Assembly: GCA_048213135.1 (NCBI GenBank)
Contig: PS015370.1
Coordinates: 59,830-95,692 of the forward strand
DNA from: Reclinomonas americana ATCC 50394
Taxonomy: Eukaryota
Length of the DNA stretch: 35,863 nucleotides
Direction: 5' to 3'
Below the pieces are notes generated by a model. The model saw only the letters and a list, made by a program, of their open reading frames with translations, did not search any database and had not been told where the DNA came from. Shown here in pieces: positions 1 to 10,853 of this stretch. A program made the translations under genes and the position numbers. The stretch's first letter is position 1; each line of letters opens with the position of its first letter.

Positions 1-255
1 TTCTTCTTCTTCTTCTTCTTCTTCTTCTTCTGCTTCTCCTTCTCCTTCTTCTTCTTTCCTTCTTCTTGTTGTTTTGTTCTTGTTCTTGTTCTTCTTCTTC
101 TTCTTCTTCCCCTCCTCCTCCTTCTCCTCCTCTTCCTCTTCCTCTTCTTCTTCTTTTGTTCTTCTTGTTCTTCTTGTTCTTGATCTTCTTCTTTATCTTC
201 TTCTTCTTCTTCTCCCTCTTCTCCCTCTTCTCCTCCTCCTCCTCCTCCTCCTCAC
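1..255. repeat. (TTC)/(TCC) low-complexity microsatellite, intronic
   Basis: Directly visible trinucleotide runs. Confidence 0.95.
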
Positions 256-290
256 CCCCTTCGTCACCCCCTTCATCCACCAACCAACAG

Positions 291-2026
291 GGCAACCGCT
301 GAGCGCTCTTGACGGCGTGCCAATGTGCATCAAGGACAACTTCTGCGTGCAGGGGCAACCCACCAGCGCCGCCTCGCGAATCCTCTCCAGTTGCGCTCGC
401 GCCTCGTCGGTCTCCTCGGACGCACTTGTCGCTCACGAATGTTGTGCGCAGAGTGGGTGGCGCCCTACACGGCCACGGCGTGCGAGAGATTGCTGGTGGG
501 TGGCGGCGCCGTGCTCATTGGCAACAATAATATGGATGAATTTGGCATGGGGTGCGTTTTCCTTCTGCCCCCCACACTGTGTGCTGGTCAGCAACTCATC
601 TCCACCCCGCAGCAATGCTGGTGTGAATTCGGCCTTTGGGCCCACGCGAAATCCGCTCTCTGCCGATCTGGTGGCTGGCGGCAGCTCCTCGGGAACGGCC
701 GCGGCTGTCGCGGCGCACACGGCGTTCATGTTGCGTGTGTGTGCTCCATCAACAAGGCTGCTGGGTGGCAAACTCACAATTGACGTCGACGATAGAGGTC
801 TGTGCAGCGACACGGGCGGTAGTGCGCGACAGCCGGCCGCCTTGTGTGGGCTCGTCGGTTTCAAACCCACGTACGGTCGCGTGAGTCGGCACGGTCTGCT
901 GGCGTACGCCTCCTCGCTCGACTGTCCGTCGTTGATTGCGCGATCGGTGGCCGACGTGCGGGTGGCGTTTGGTGAGTCGCGCCTGCCTCACCTCCTTCCC
1001 TTCTCCTCTTCATGTCTCCTGGTGTCAGATCTCATCAAGGGCGCCGACGGCCTCGACCCCACATGCTACACTCCTGCCACACCCAGCACTCCGCATCCGC
1101 TGCCGGCGACTGGCGGAAAACCACTCGAAGGTCTCGTGGTCGGTATCCCGCTCGAGTACAGCATCGAGGAGTTGTCGGCCGAGGTGCGCGCGGCGTGGGA
1201 GTCGGCGGCAATGCGTCTCATGAGTCTTGGCGCGACGATTCGCCACGTGTCCCTGCCGCACACGCCGTACGCACTGGCGGCGTACTATGTGATTGTGTGC
1301 GCGGAGGTGTCGTCGAATCTGTCGCGTTTCGACGGCGTACGATTTGGTGCGTACGGCGTTCTCGAGCAGCCGTCTCGTGCTTCTCCGTGCTCATTGGTTG
1401 TTGCAGGCTCCGCTCCCGTGATCGACGACACCAAAGGCGACGCAGCGCCGCGCATGGACTACACTCAATTCGCCAAGACCACGAGGTCGCAGGGCTTTGG
1501 GCCGGAAACCATCCGCCGCATTCTGGCCGGCACGGCTGTGCTCTCTGTCGAGTTGTGTATTCTCTGCTTCCTTCGCGAGTACCGATGTCATCTCACCCTC
1601 CCCAACCCTATGGTGTGCAGTTCGTATGACGCCTTTTTCCGCCAGGCACAACGTGTGCGTCGGCTGGTGGCCGACGATTTTGGTGCCGTCTTCGCCGCCG
1701 GCGATGAGCACGTGGATGTGTTGCTGACGCCTGTGACACCGCGCTCCGCCGTGTCTGTCGCCGATGCGGCGCGAGAAGCATCCTCGGATCCCACCCGAGG
1801 CTACGACTTTGACGTATTCACAGTGCCTTCGAGCCTGGCGGGTGAGTCAGTGTGTTTCTGGCCAAGTCCTCTTCCTGCATCGTCGTCATTTCTCTCACGG
1901 CGATGTGCAGGATTGCCAGCGATCAGTGTGCCCACAGGAGGCACGCCAGTGGGCATGCAGCTGATTGGCCCGCGAGACAGCGATGAGTGGCTCCTGCAAG
2001 TCGCCGAGAGACTCACGTGCTCGTAA
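291..2026 (+). CDS. QRSL1: Glutamyl-tRNA(Gln) amidotransferase subunit A, amidase signature family, probably mitochondrial; 5'-partial, spliced
   Basis: Motifs LDGVPMCIKDN, NMDEFGMG, GGSSSG, SDTGGS-RQPA, GFKPTYGRVSRHGL, E-SSNLSRFDG, GFGPET-RRI, DVFTVPSSLAGLPAISVP. Introns inferred from GT-AG and frame: 390-451, 552-612, 730-795, 972-1028, 1347-1406, 1552-1620, 1842-1910. Bases 1-290 look like the pyrimidine-rich end of an upstream intron (CAG at 288-290). Confidence 0.93.
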
Positions 2027-2079
2027 AAAACTCACTTTAGATTGACGGGATCTCGCTCGTATCCAATCTATTCTTTATT

Positions 2080-5000
2080 CTATTCGTCGTTGCTCTTGTG
2101 CGACGAGGCGCGAGGTAATCGCACCGCCAGTTCGCCGAGCAAGTTGCTGACGGGTCCCGCCACACCCTCTTGAGCGGCCACAGACGACAGCAAGTTGTGC
2201 ACAATGTGCATGTCCATCTGCAACTCGTCCGGTAGTGCGTGCTCGTCTCTGTCTCCTCCGCCCGCCTCGTCTGCATTGTCAAAGCGATCGAGCGACATGG
2301 CCGCCCCGAGCGCCTCCAGCTCGGCATCCATTTCGGCCATGACGTCGCGCAAACTCGGTTCCTCCTTGTCCCCGGTGTCGTCTGGCGCTGCAGCTGTTTC
2401 CGCCTCCTCCTCATCCTCTCCGTCTTCGTCGTCCTCATCCGACGGTGGGTCTTCGAAATCGCCTGCTCTCGTGGTGAGCGGGTGAACTGACGGAGAGGAG
2501 AACAAATCAAGGATCACGCAACTCGGATCAAAGAACCCATCCCACGGTTGCTGCTCATCGCGAATGCCAACTGCATTCTTCAACAGCGCGAACAGCTGCT
2601 CGACGTTGAAGTCCACGGGTTGACTGTGTGCACGCGCATGTTCAATGAGACAGAGATGTCAGATCGCGACCAGCATCGCTCCACACAGACCTGTCACCGA
2701 CGGCCACGTGCGGCACTTCTGCGCCCTCGTGGCTCGACATGGCATCCATAAAGGCGCGCATGCCCTTGGCCACATCGGCGGCCGATGTGCCATCGGCAGC
2801 GGTGGCAGCTGCAGGAGGGGCGGCACTGTGGCCGAGGGCAGGACCGTAGCGCGACATGAGTTTGTCGAGTTCGTCAATCGACAGCTCCATNNNNNNNNNN
2901 NNNNNNNNNNNNNNNNNNNNNNNNNNNNNNNNNNNNNNNNNNNNNNNNNNNNNNNNNNNNNNNNNNNNNNNNNNNNNNNNNNNNNNNNNNNNNNNNNNNN
3001 NNNNNNNNNNNNNNNNNNNNNNNNNNNNNNNNNNNNNNNNNNNNNNNNNNNNNNNNNNNNNNNNNNNNNNNNNNNNNNNNNNNNNNNNNNNNNNNNNNNN
3101 NNNNNNNNNNNNNNNNNNNNNNNNNNNNNNNNNNNNNNNNNNNNNNNNNNNNNNNNNNNNNNNNNNNNNNNNNNNNNNNNNNNNNNNNNNNNNNNNNNNN
3201 NNNNNNNNNNNNNNNNNNNNNNNNNNNNNNNNNNNNNNNNNNNNNNNNNNNNNNNNNNNNNNNNNNNNNNNNNNNNNNNNNNNNNNNNNNNNNNNNNNNN
3301 NNNNNNNNNNNNNNNNNNNNNNNNNNNNNNNNNNNNNNNNNNNNNNNNNNNNNNNNNNNNNNNNNNNNNCCACGATTCATCGTCGTCGGCGGCATGCAGG
3401 TGCAGCGGATCGCTGCCAGCGGAAAAGGCAAGATGAGCGGGTGGGAGAAGGCAGAGATGGAGGGACAGAGAGAGAGAGAGAGGAAAGAGAGAGAGAAGGA
3501 GAGACAAAGAGTGACAGTGGAACTCACCGCAGATAGGGTTCGGCGAATTGCTGCACCGCGGACGGGTCGGCCGCAAGCAGTGCATCCACCTGGTCGGCAA
3601 AGTCTAGGTCTCTGTAGAGGGGGGAGGGAAGAATGAACAGGGGGAAAGACAGGGGAGAGAGAGTACAAGCAGTCGAGTCACCGGTGACTCTCTCCCACTG
3701 CAGCCTCGTCGGTGAACTCAGTCACCACATTCTGCACGAACTCGGCGCGCGCCTGCCGCTCCAACTCGCGATACAGCCGCGAGCCCTCCAGCTCGCCGCG
3801 AAAGTAGCCGAGGCGATCGAGACGCGCCTTGTAGGTTCGCCAGCGTGATTCTGTGGCGGCATCGAACTGCGACGAGTAGTAAGGCGCGGATAAGGAGCGC
3901 AAGTGGAATGAACTTCTCTCCTCACCTCCACAACATCCGAGTCCCCGACCGCTCGAGTGGACTTGGAGCGGCGGCTCTCCTGGTACGCCATCTCAAACGC
4001 ACATGCCTGCACACCGCCAGTCATTAATAGTGCTCACCGTGGTTCGCGAGCCCACTCAGTACGAACCACACGCACGCCGACATCGTAGTGCCGGTGATGT
4101 TGTGCCAGCGGGAGATCAGGGGGCATCACAAATGGTTTGGGTGGGTGGAACGATTGCTGTACGAGTTGTGCGAATCGACAGCGCGTGAAGCGCACTGGGT
4201 ACATGATTCGATCGCGGCTAGGAGGGAAGCGTGACATGCTGACGCAGGCCTGCACAGAGGGAAGGGAGGAAGAGGGAAGGGAGGAAGAGGGAAGGGAGGA
4301 AGAGGGAAGGGAGGAAGAGGGAAGGGTGGAAGAGGGAAGGGAGGAAGAGGGAAGGGAGAGGGATGAGCTCCTTTTTTCTGCGTACCCACCAATAACAGCA
4401 GTATTGACAGATGGAGCGGACAGAGCGGGGAAGGAGCACGCGAAGGTGGAGGTCAGAAATACAAGAAGGAACGGCAGTGGAGGGAGGTATGCACCAAGGG
4501 AAGCAATGTACAGCCGTGCAAGAAGAGTGAGAGAGTATGCAAGGTGAGGGGCGAGGAAACGAAAAGGGTGGAGCGAGAACGCAGAGATGACAGCGCAAAG
4601 TGAGGTACGCATCAAGGGAGACAATGTTGTCGAAGACTATTTCCCTGTCTCATCCACCCACCTGCAACGCCGCTGGATCCCTCGAATAGAAACACTCAAT
4701 GGCTCGACTAAGCAGCCGCGGCTGCGTGTGCGCAAGGAACGCCACGTCCACCGGCACGAAGCAATTGAAAATGTGCCGATTCTCCGCCAGTGCATGCCCG
4801 GGGAACCTGACCACAGCACCCACTGTCAGACCCACACAAATACACCACCCCCTCCGTCTCCACAGCTCACTCACCCACTCAGTTTCTCGCGGAGTAACCT
4901 CTGCACGCCGTCAGGTAATCTGGTGCGCTTCGGCAGCGTTTTGATGGCCGCATACGCCGCCGCCGGGGTGAGCGGCATCGAAGCTGGCGGAATGATGCCA

Positions 5001-5518
5001 ATCTCGCCCGGCGACGTGGGCCCCGGCGGCAAACAGTGCAACTCGCCCGCACACAAGAACGTGCGATCATCGGCCACCTCCGGGTCGACCCACACCGGCA
5101 GCTCGTCGGCCGTCTCAATCAACAAGAACTGCCCGTCATTGTCGCGCACGACGCACAGCACCTCGGGCAGGCGCAACGTCACCTCGCGCAGCACATACAC
5201 AATCAACCACTCGTCCAGCACATTGTCGCCAAAGCGCGAGCTGCCGTACAGGTGCACCGGCGCCGCATCGGTCTCCGCCACCAGCACCAAGCGCAACGGA
5301 TCCTGGTGCCACACATACTCCTCCCCGGCCTCCTGCTGCATCTCCTCGAGCAGACGCTCCACCATCGCCAGCACCACCTCGCGCAGGTAGTTCGCGGGAG
5401 TCGCCGCCGCAGCAGCAGCAGCAGGAGCATACAGTCGATAGTGCACCTGGTTGACATCGTTGCCGGCGGCGGCCAGCTGCGACGCGTCGATCGAGTAGCC
5501 ACGCAGCAGTTCCTCCAT
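2080..5518 (-). CDS. ECD: Ecdysoneless / SGT1 (ECD) family protein; multi-exon, spans an assembly gap
   Basis: Motifs YVWHQDP-L, G-SRFGDNVLDEWLIV, DNDGQFLLIETADELPVW-DP, IECFY-RDP, VRFTRCRFAQL-QQ-F-PP, ACAFE, GYFRGELEGSRLY, and C-terminal HNLL-S--AQ-G--GPVSNLL. Exons include 5518-4875, 4806-4662, 4249-4067; later boundaries are less certain. Confidence 0.9.
2891..3369. other. Assembly gap (other gaps at about 15922, 21361, 24678-25188, 27258-28184, 28917-29372 and 34305-34353)
   Basis: Runs of N. Confidence 1.
4256..4360. repeat. 15-bp purine minisatellite (AGAGGGAAGGGAGGA), about 7 copies, in an ECD intron
   Basis: Visible tandem units. Confidence 0.9.
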
Positions 5519-5525
5519 TTCTCCT

Positions 5526-6619
5526 TCACCGACGGGAAAGCAGCAACACAGAGAGCAGGTAGTGCAGGGCGTGCACGGCGAGGAGTCGGGAGTAGCGAAA
5601 GGCGTACTTGGTCGCCAGCACCAGGTCCAGGTAGCCGCCCGAGGAGAGCACGAGGTCGCGGGTTTGCAAGGAGTCGGCGTCGCCTGGGGGGAAGTGGAAG
5701 GTGAGAGGGGAAAGGGAGAGAAGGGGAAAGGAGGGAAGGGGGAGAGGGCAAGAGTAAAAGAAGGGGGGAGGGAGGAGAGGGCAAGATAAGGGGGGAGCGA
5801 GCAAGAGGAAGAGAAGGGACGAAAGACCCCCTTCCCAGTCTCTCTCTTCCTCTCTCTTTCTCTTCTCTTCTCTTCTCTCTCTCTTTCTCTCTCTTACCTT
5901 CCTCCAACAAGGCGTGTTCGGAGACTCGTCGCCAGGCGCGCTTCTGAGCTGCAGCAAAGCGTCGGAAGCGATGTGGATCGTAAAAGGCCACTGATTGCAA
6001 AGCCTACAGAGAACATGTGAGAGAGTGAGAGAGAGAGAGAGAGAGAGATTGAGAGAGAGAGAGAGAGGAGGAGGAGAGAAAGGTGAAGAAGAAGAAGAAG
6101 AAGAAGAAGAAGAAGAAGAAGAAGAAGAAGAAGAAGAAGAAGAAGAAGAAGAAGAAGAAGAAGAAGAAGAAGAAGAAGAAGAAGAAGAAGAAGAAGAAGA
6201 CAGAGGGAGAGAGGAGAGAGGGAAAGAGCAAGGGTCCAGGAAGAGTAAGAGAAAATGCATGCAAAAATCGTCGTCTTTTCTCTCACAAAAACAGCACGCG
6301 CATTCTCTCACGCCATGCACCTGATGAATCGGGTGCACAAGGCTCATCCACAAGCCACACTGGCGCTCTTCTGAGGGGAAAAAGGGTCGAAATGCAAGTG
6401 TCCTCTCGTCCTCGTCCCACACACTCTGACGTAATTGCACAACAAACAACAAGCAGAAGCACAAGGTGAGAAAGAGGCACAGAGAGAGAGAGGCAGAGTG
6501 AGAGAGAGAGAGAAGATGCGCGGAGAAGATTGCAATTTCAGTGTGGAAGAAGAAGAAGAAGAACATGCAGAGAGAGCTGCAGACACACTCACACAGAAAC
6601 TGCAATCTCGGCGCCACAT
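5526..6619 (-). CDS. Hypothetical 131-aa protein, 4 exons (6619-6593, 6425-6321, 6003-5898, 5683-5526)
   Basis: Three GT-AG introns (donors GTGAGT, GTGCAT, GTAAGA) with compatible phases 0, 0, 1 join non-repetitive islands into one ORF: MWRRDCSFCSVWDEDERTLAFRPFFPSEERQCGLWMSLVHPIHQALQSVAFYDPHRFRRFAAAQKRAWRRVSEHALLEEGDADSLQTRDLVLSSGGYLDLVLATKYAFRYSRLLAVHALHYLLSVLLLSRR*. No family recognised. Confidence 0.68.
6085..6199. repeat. Perfect (GAA)n microsatellite flanked by (GA)n, intronic
   Basis: Directly visible. Confidence 0.97.
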
Positions 6620-6658
6620 TGACTGTGCACTCACTCACTCTCTCACTTTCTCACTCAG

Positions 6659-8762
6659 ATGAGTCGACGCAAATGGGATGTTCCTGGTGACGCGCCTCCT
6701 CCACCTCCGCCTCCACCTGACGACGACTACCCCACATCTTCATCGTACCACTCGCACTCGCACTCCTCAGCAGCAGCCGAGGCACTGCGTCGCGCGCAAG
6801 AGGTCGCTGCGCAGCTCAAGGCGCGGCATGCGGGCGCCTATGATGGGCAGCCTCCGCCTCCGCCTCCGCCTCCTGATGATGACTATGGTCAGGAGAAGGC
6901 TGGTGGAGATGATGACGGGGACGGGGAGATTACGGATCGAGAGATTGAGATCAATGAGAGTCGGCATCGTGGGTTTCTGACGCGTGGGCAGACGCAGAAG
7001 GAGGTGAGAAGGAGGGGAGGGGAGGGTGGGGAAGGGATGGGTGAATGGGGAAGGGAAAGGCGAACGGGAAGAGAAGAGAAGTGAGATATGATGGACAGCC
7101 TCTTCCCCGCGTCCTCCTCTTCCTCCTCCCGATGATGACTATGATCAGGAGAAGAGTGGTGGAGGTGGTGAAGAAGACATGAAGATCGATGAGTGGGGCT
7201 TGTGACGCATAGGCAGACGTAGCATGAAGTGTGAATGCGGGAAAGAGAGATTGCAGAACGAAGCAACAGCACACGCTCCGTCTGAAGCATGCAGCGACTG
7301 ATATGTAGGAGCATGATTCATTGTCATCGCTCCCTTCATCCGCATTCTTCCCCTTCCTTGCTCACCCTCTTCGCAGATCGAGGCCGACTCTGGCGCCGCG
7401 GTCATCACTCGCGGAATCTACCAGGACCCGAATGGTCCGCCGACCGGCGAGCGACCGCTCTACTTGAAGGTCACCGGCAAGCGATCGCAGGTCGACAAGG
7501 CGGTGGCGCTCATCGAGAATGTGATGCAATTCGGCCGTCTGCACCTGTACAACGGGCCTGGTCAGCGCAACTTTGGCTTCTCGGAAAAGGTGATGGTCGG
7601 CATCGACTCGAAGGACGATCGCTTTCCGGTCGTGGGCAAGATTGTCGGTCCCAAGGGTGCCTTCCTCAAGCACATTCAGAACGAGAGCGGCGCCAAGGTG
7701 TTCCTGAAGGGCCGCGGCTCCAACTTCCAGGAGACGTTTGACGAGCCCATGTATGTGGACATTCAGGCGCCCACCGATGTGTCGCTGGCGACGGCCAAGA
7801 AGCTGACCGAGAATCTGCTGGCCACGGTCCGAAAGCAGTACGAGGAGCATGTGTGAGTCCGCGTGGGCGAGCGATTAGAAGAGTGATTATCCGCTCTCTT
7901 ATTCTTAGCGCCACCTTTTACAGGAACTACCGCAGTGGAGGTCGTCGCGGTGGCCCCGGTGGCCCCGGTGGTTCCGGAACCAGCTCCAATGCTACGCCGC
8001 TCGCAGTAGCCGTGCCTCCGCCACCCCCACCGCCACCGCCGGTCCCCGGATACGGCGGCTATCCCGGTTATCCGCCAGCGTTTCGTCTTTGTTTGTGTCA
8101 ACTCCTGCTTGGGCGAATCATCGCATCTCATTTTTCGGGCTTCGCAGTTATCCGGGCTACTATCCGGGCTATGCGCCGCCGCCACCACCGCCGCCAGCGA
8201 TGGCACCGGGAATGGCGCCGGGAGAGGTGGCTCCGGGCGATACGCCGCCGGGACTCGGGCCTGCGGTGCCGGCGGCAGCACCGGCGGCAGTGCCGGGGTA
8301 TCCAGCGTACTATCCGGGTTACGAGCAGTATTATGCGCAGTGCGTTCGGGAGGGGGAAGGGGGGAAAGGAGAGGGAGGGAGGGAAATAAGACAGCCTCTT
8401 TGCTGCTGTTGCACCTTGTCACTCTGTGGCACAGTGCATGTGCGGTGTGTGTTGGTGGTCGGAGAAAGATGTAGAGGGAGGGGTCGAGAGATATGTGTCT
8501 CTAAGTGCTCGCGGAAAGAGAGAGGAAGTCAGCGGGAGAGGGAGGGATTATGGGTGAGAGTGTGAGAGAGAGGGGGGAAGAGGTGTAGGGGGACAGCGAC
8601 GAGAGAGATCTACCTGTCGACATTGACCCTGTGCATGTGCTTGTATCTCTGACTGCTTGTGGATAGCGAGGCGAGAGAGTGAGAGAGAGGGAGACAAGGT
8701 TTAGAAGGAGGGGTACGAGAGATATCAGCAGTTTCGTGCGCTGCACTTTTGTCGTTCCTCTA

Positions 8763-8795
<33 letters not shown>

Positions 8796-10853
8796 TTGTG
8801 TCTCTTAGACAGAGAGAAAGGAGTTCAGTCGGAGAGTGGTGGTGTGGTTAGAGAGAGGGATAGATACGAGAGATATCAACCGTTTCTTTCGATGTGCTGT
8901 TGTCGTTGGTCCTCTGTGTTCGTGCTTGTATGAGGAGGGTTGAGGGGAGAAGTGAGGCAAGGGGGATGTTGACCTTCTTGCTTTTTTTGCTTTCATTGTT
9001 AATCTTGTTGTATGTGTGTGCCCGGGAGTTGACCTTTTCCGTCTTGCTTTCTTCATTGATCGCTTTGTATTCGCCCACTCTGTGTACTTGTGTCTGTGAG
9101 TGCTTTGGGACACATACATACGCAGCGAGATCCTCCTCTTCTCATCCCCCGCGCTGCCCCTCACGCTCACTTCTCCTCTCTGTTCTCTTTTTTTGCATCA
9201 TCACCCTCCTCATTCCCTCCACCCTCCCCCTGTTCCGTCCTCTCCCTCTTCACCTTCTGTTTTCCCTTTCCGTCACCCCCTTCCGTCTCCCTCCTGATAA
9301 GAGGCGTCGACCCAGCGTTGAATCTCCCCCTTTCTCTTTCGCTGTCCGTCTTCTCTATCCGTACCTCTGTCTCTTTTCTCACTTCGATTCCCACCACCAG
9401 ATACGCCGCCTACGCCGGATACCCGGGAGCAAGCGCCGCGGCTCCAGCACAGCAGGTAAATGGCGATGATTGGCCAGCGTTAGTTGCACTCACTCGCGTT
9501 TGGGAAGGGGGGTGTGTTCACTGACTCTCCAGTGTGTATCAATGGGATCCAGTGGTCTTCCGTCTTGATTCTCTTTCTGTGTCGGTGTTGTTGAGTTGAC
9601 TCACCTGCTGGTGTGCGCATAGAGAAGATAGCGGGAAGCGGTAGTGTTGTTACTCACGAAGCAGCTGTTTTTTTGTTTCTGTTTTATTGTTGATACTCAC
9701 GCCTGAGCTCTGTGTTTGCGTTGGTGGTATTGTGCCTTGTTCTCGTGTTGGTTGTCACTCACTGCGCCCTCTTCTTCACTGGGTGTGCACAGATAGTGAG
9801 AGGAGATAGCAAGGACGGGTGTCTGTTGTGGTTGGCAATGCTCTTTCCTATTTTCCTGAACCACGAAGTTTGCACATGAGAAACAGCGCGGATTGGCGGT
9901 TGTAGCGAGCTCTATATTTGCTGTTGATTGGTACTCACTGTACTGCCGTGTGTGTGTTTGCATTTGCGCGACAGGCATTGGTTTCGAAGTTTCACTGTGT
10001 GTTCCTCATGTGTTTTTTGTCAAGAGACTTTGAGTGCTTTCCCCCGTCTATACTCACCTATGCCTGCGCGTATCTGTCGTTGTTTCGAAGCTCACATTCG
10101 GTGGGTGTCGTTCTTTCCCCTGTCGTAACTCACATTCTGCGGCGTGTGTTTGTTAGTGCAAGCGAGTGAGGCAGTGCGGTTGTATTGAGACTTGTTTTGT
10201 GTGCTCTGTTGGAACTCACCTCCGTATTCGTCGAGCGCATACATTTGTCGTGGGTGTGCTTGGTTCACTCACTGGTTCAACGCGCTTGCTGCTGCGGCCG
10301 TTGTCTTGTCGTCTGTTTATGCAGTCCTCTGCTCCGCCTGGTCTCGAAGACGCGCCTGGCCACAACGACCAGCCGCTGCAGTTCGCACCGGGTGCACAGC
10401 CAGAGGTGATGTGACTCAGCGATGCTAGTTGAAGTATGTGCGCGCCACTCACAGCTGCAATCCGTGTGCGTGCAGAAGTCGGCGTCCAAGCGCAGCATTG
10501 ACCAGATCTCGGAGGCGGGACAGCCGATGGGCCCGAGTCGTCCCACCGCCGAGGAGATGCAGCTGTCGTATGGTCGAGGTTTGGGTTCCAGTCGCGAGTC
10601 TTTGGCTTCGTATTCCTGCTGACCGCGACACACAGGAGCGGATGCTGACGCGCCGGCGTACAAGCGTGCGCGCGTCGACCATCACTCTGCGTCGCACCAG
10701 CACCAGCAGCACCAGTCGTCGAATCCGCTCGCCAGTCTGCGCAGCTACTCGGGCGAGGAAGGCGACGATGGGGCGAACGGAGTTGCGTTTTTCTTGGGGG
10801 TTGCCAGGCGTTTGCTTGTGTTGTCGTGAACTCACGAGTATCGTCATTAGTGA
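6659..10853 (+). CDS. KHDC4: KH-domain RNA-binding protein, KHDC4/BLOM7/RIK family; multi-exon
   Basis: N-terminal RRKWD; EIEIN-SRHR--LTRG-TQ-EI---SGAAVITRG; ERPLYL; KIVGPKG-FLKHIQNESGAKVFLKGRGS; EPMY-I; Pro/Tyr/Gly-rich tail. Exons 6659-7003, 7377-7852, 7924-8079, 8148-8339, 9401-9455, 10325-10405, 10476-10578, 10636-10781, stop about 10851-10853 (3' exons less certain). Confidence 0.85.

Noticed and set aside
520-551. GNNNMDEF in place of the usual GKTNMDEF, suggesting an inactive GatA
   Set aside because: The catalytic Lys (IKDN) and both Ser motifs (GGSS, DTGGS) are intact.
74-2026. Single-exon 650-aa ORF
   Set aside because: Read-through of introns and an upstream microsatellite; the conserved NMDEFGMG exon is in another frame.
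5519-5525. AGGAG Shine-Dalgarno-like sequence before the ECD ATG
   Set aside because: Spliced nuclear gene, only 2 nt from the ATG, and purine runs are common here; likely coincidence.
8480-8930. Weak ~150-nt repeats (ACGAGAGATATCA) in KHDC4 intron 4
   Set aside because: Short and degenerate within low-complexity intron DNA; no element structure.
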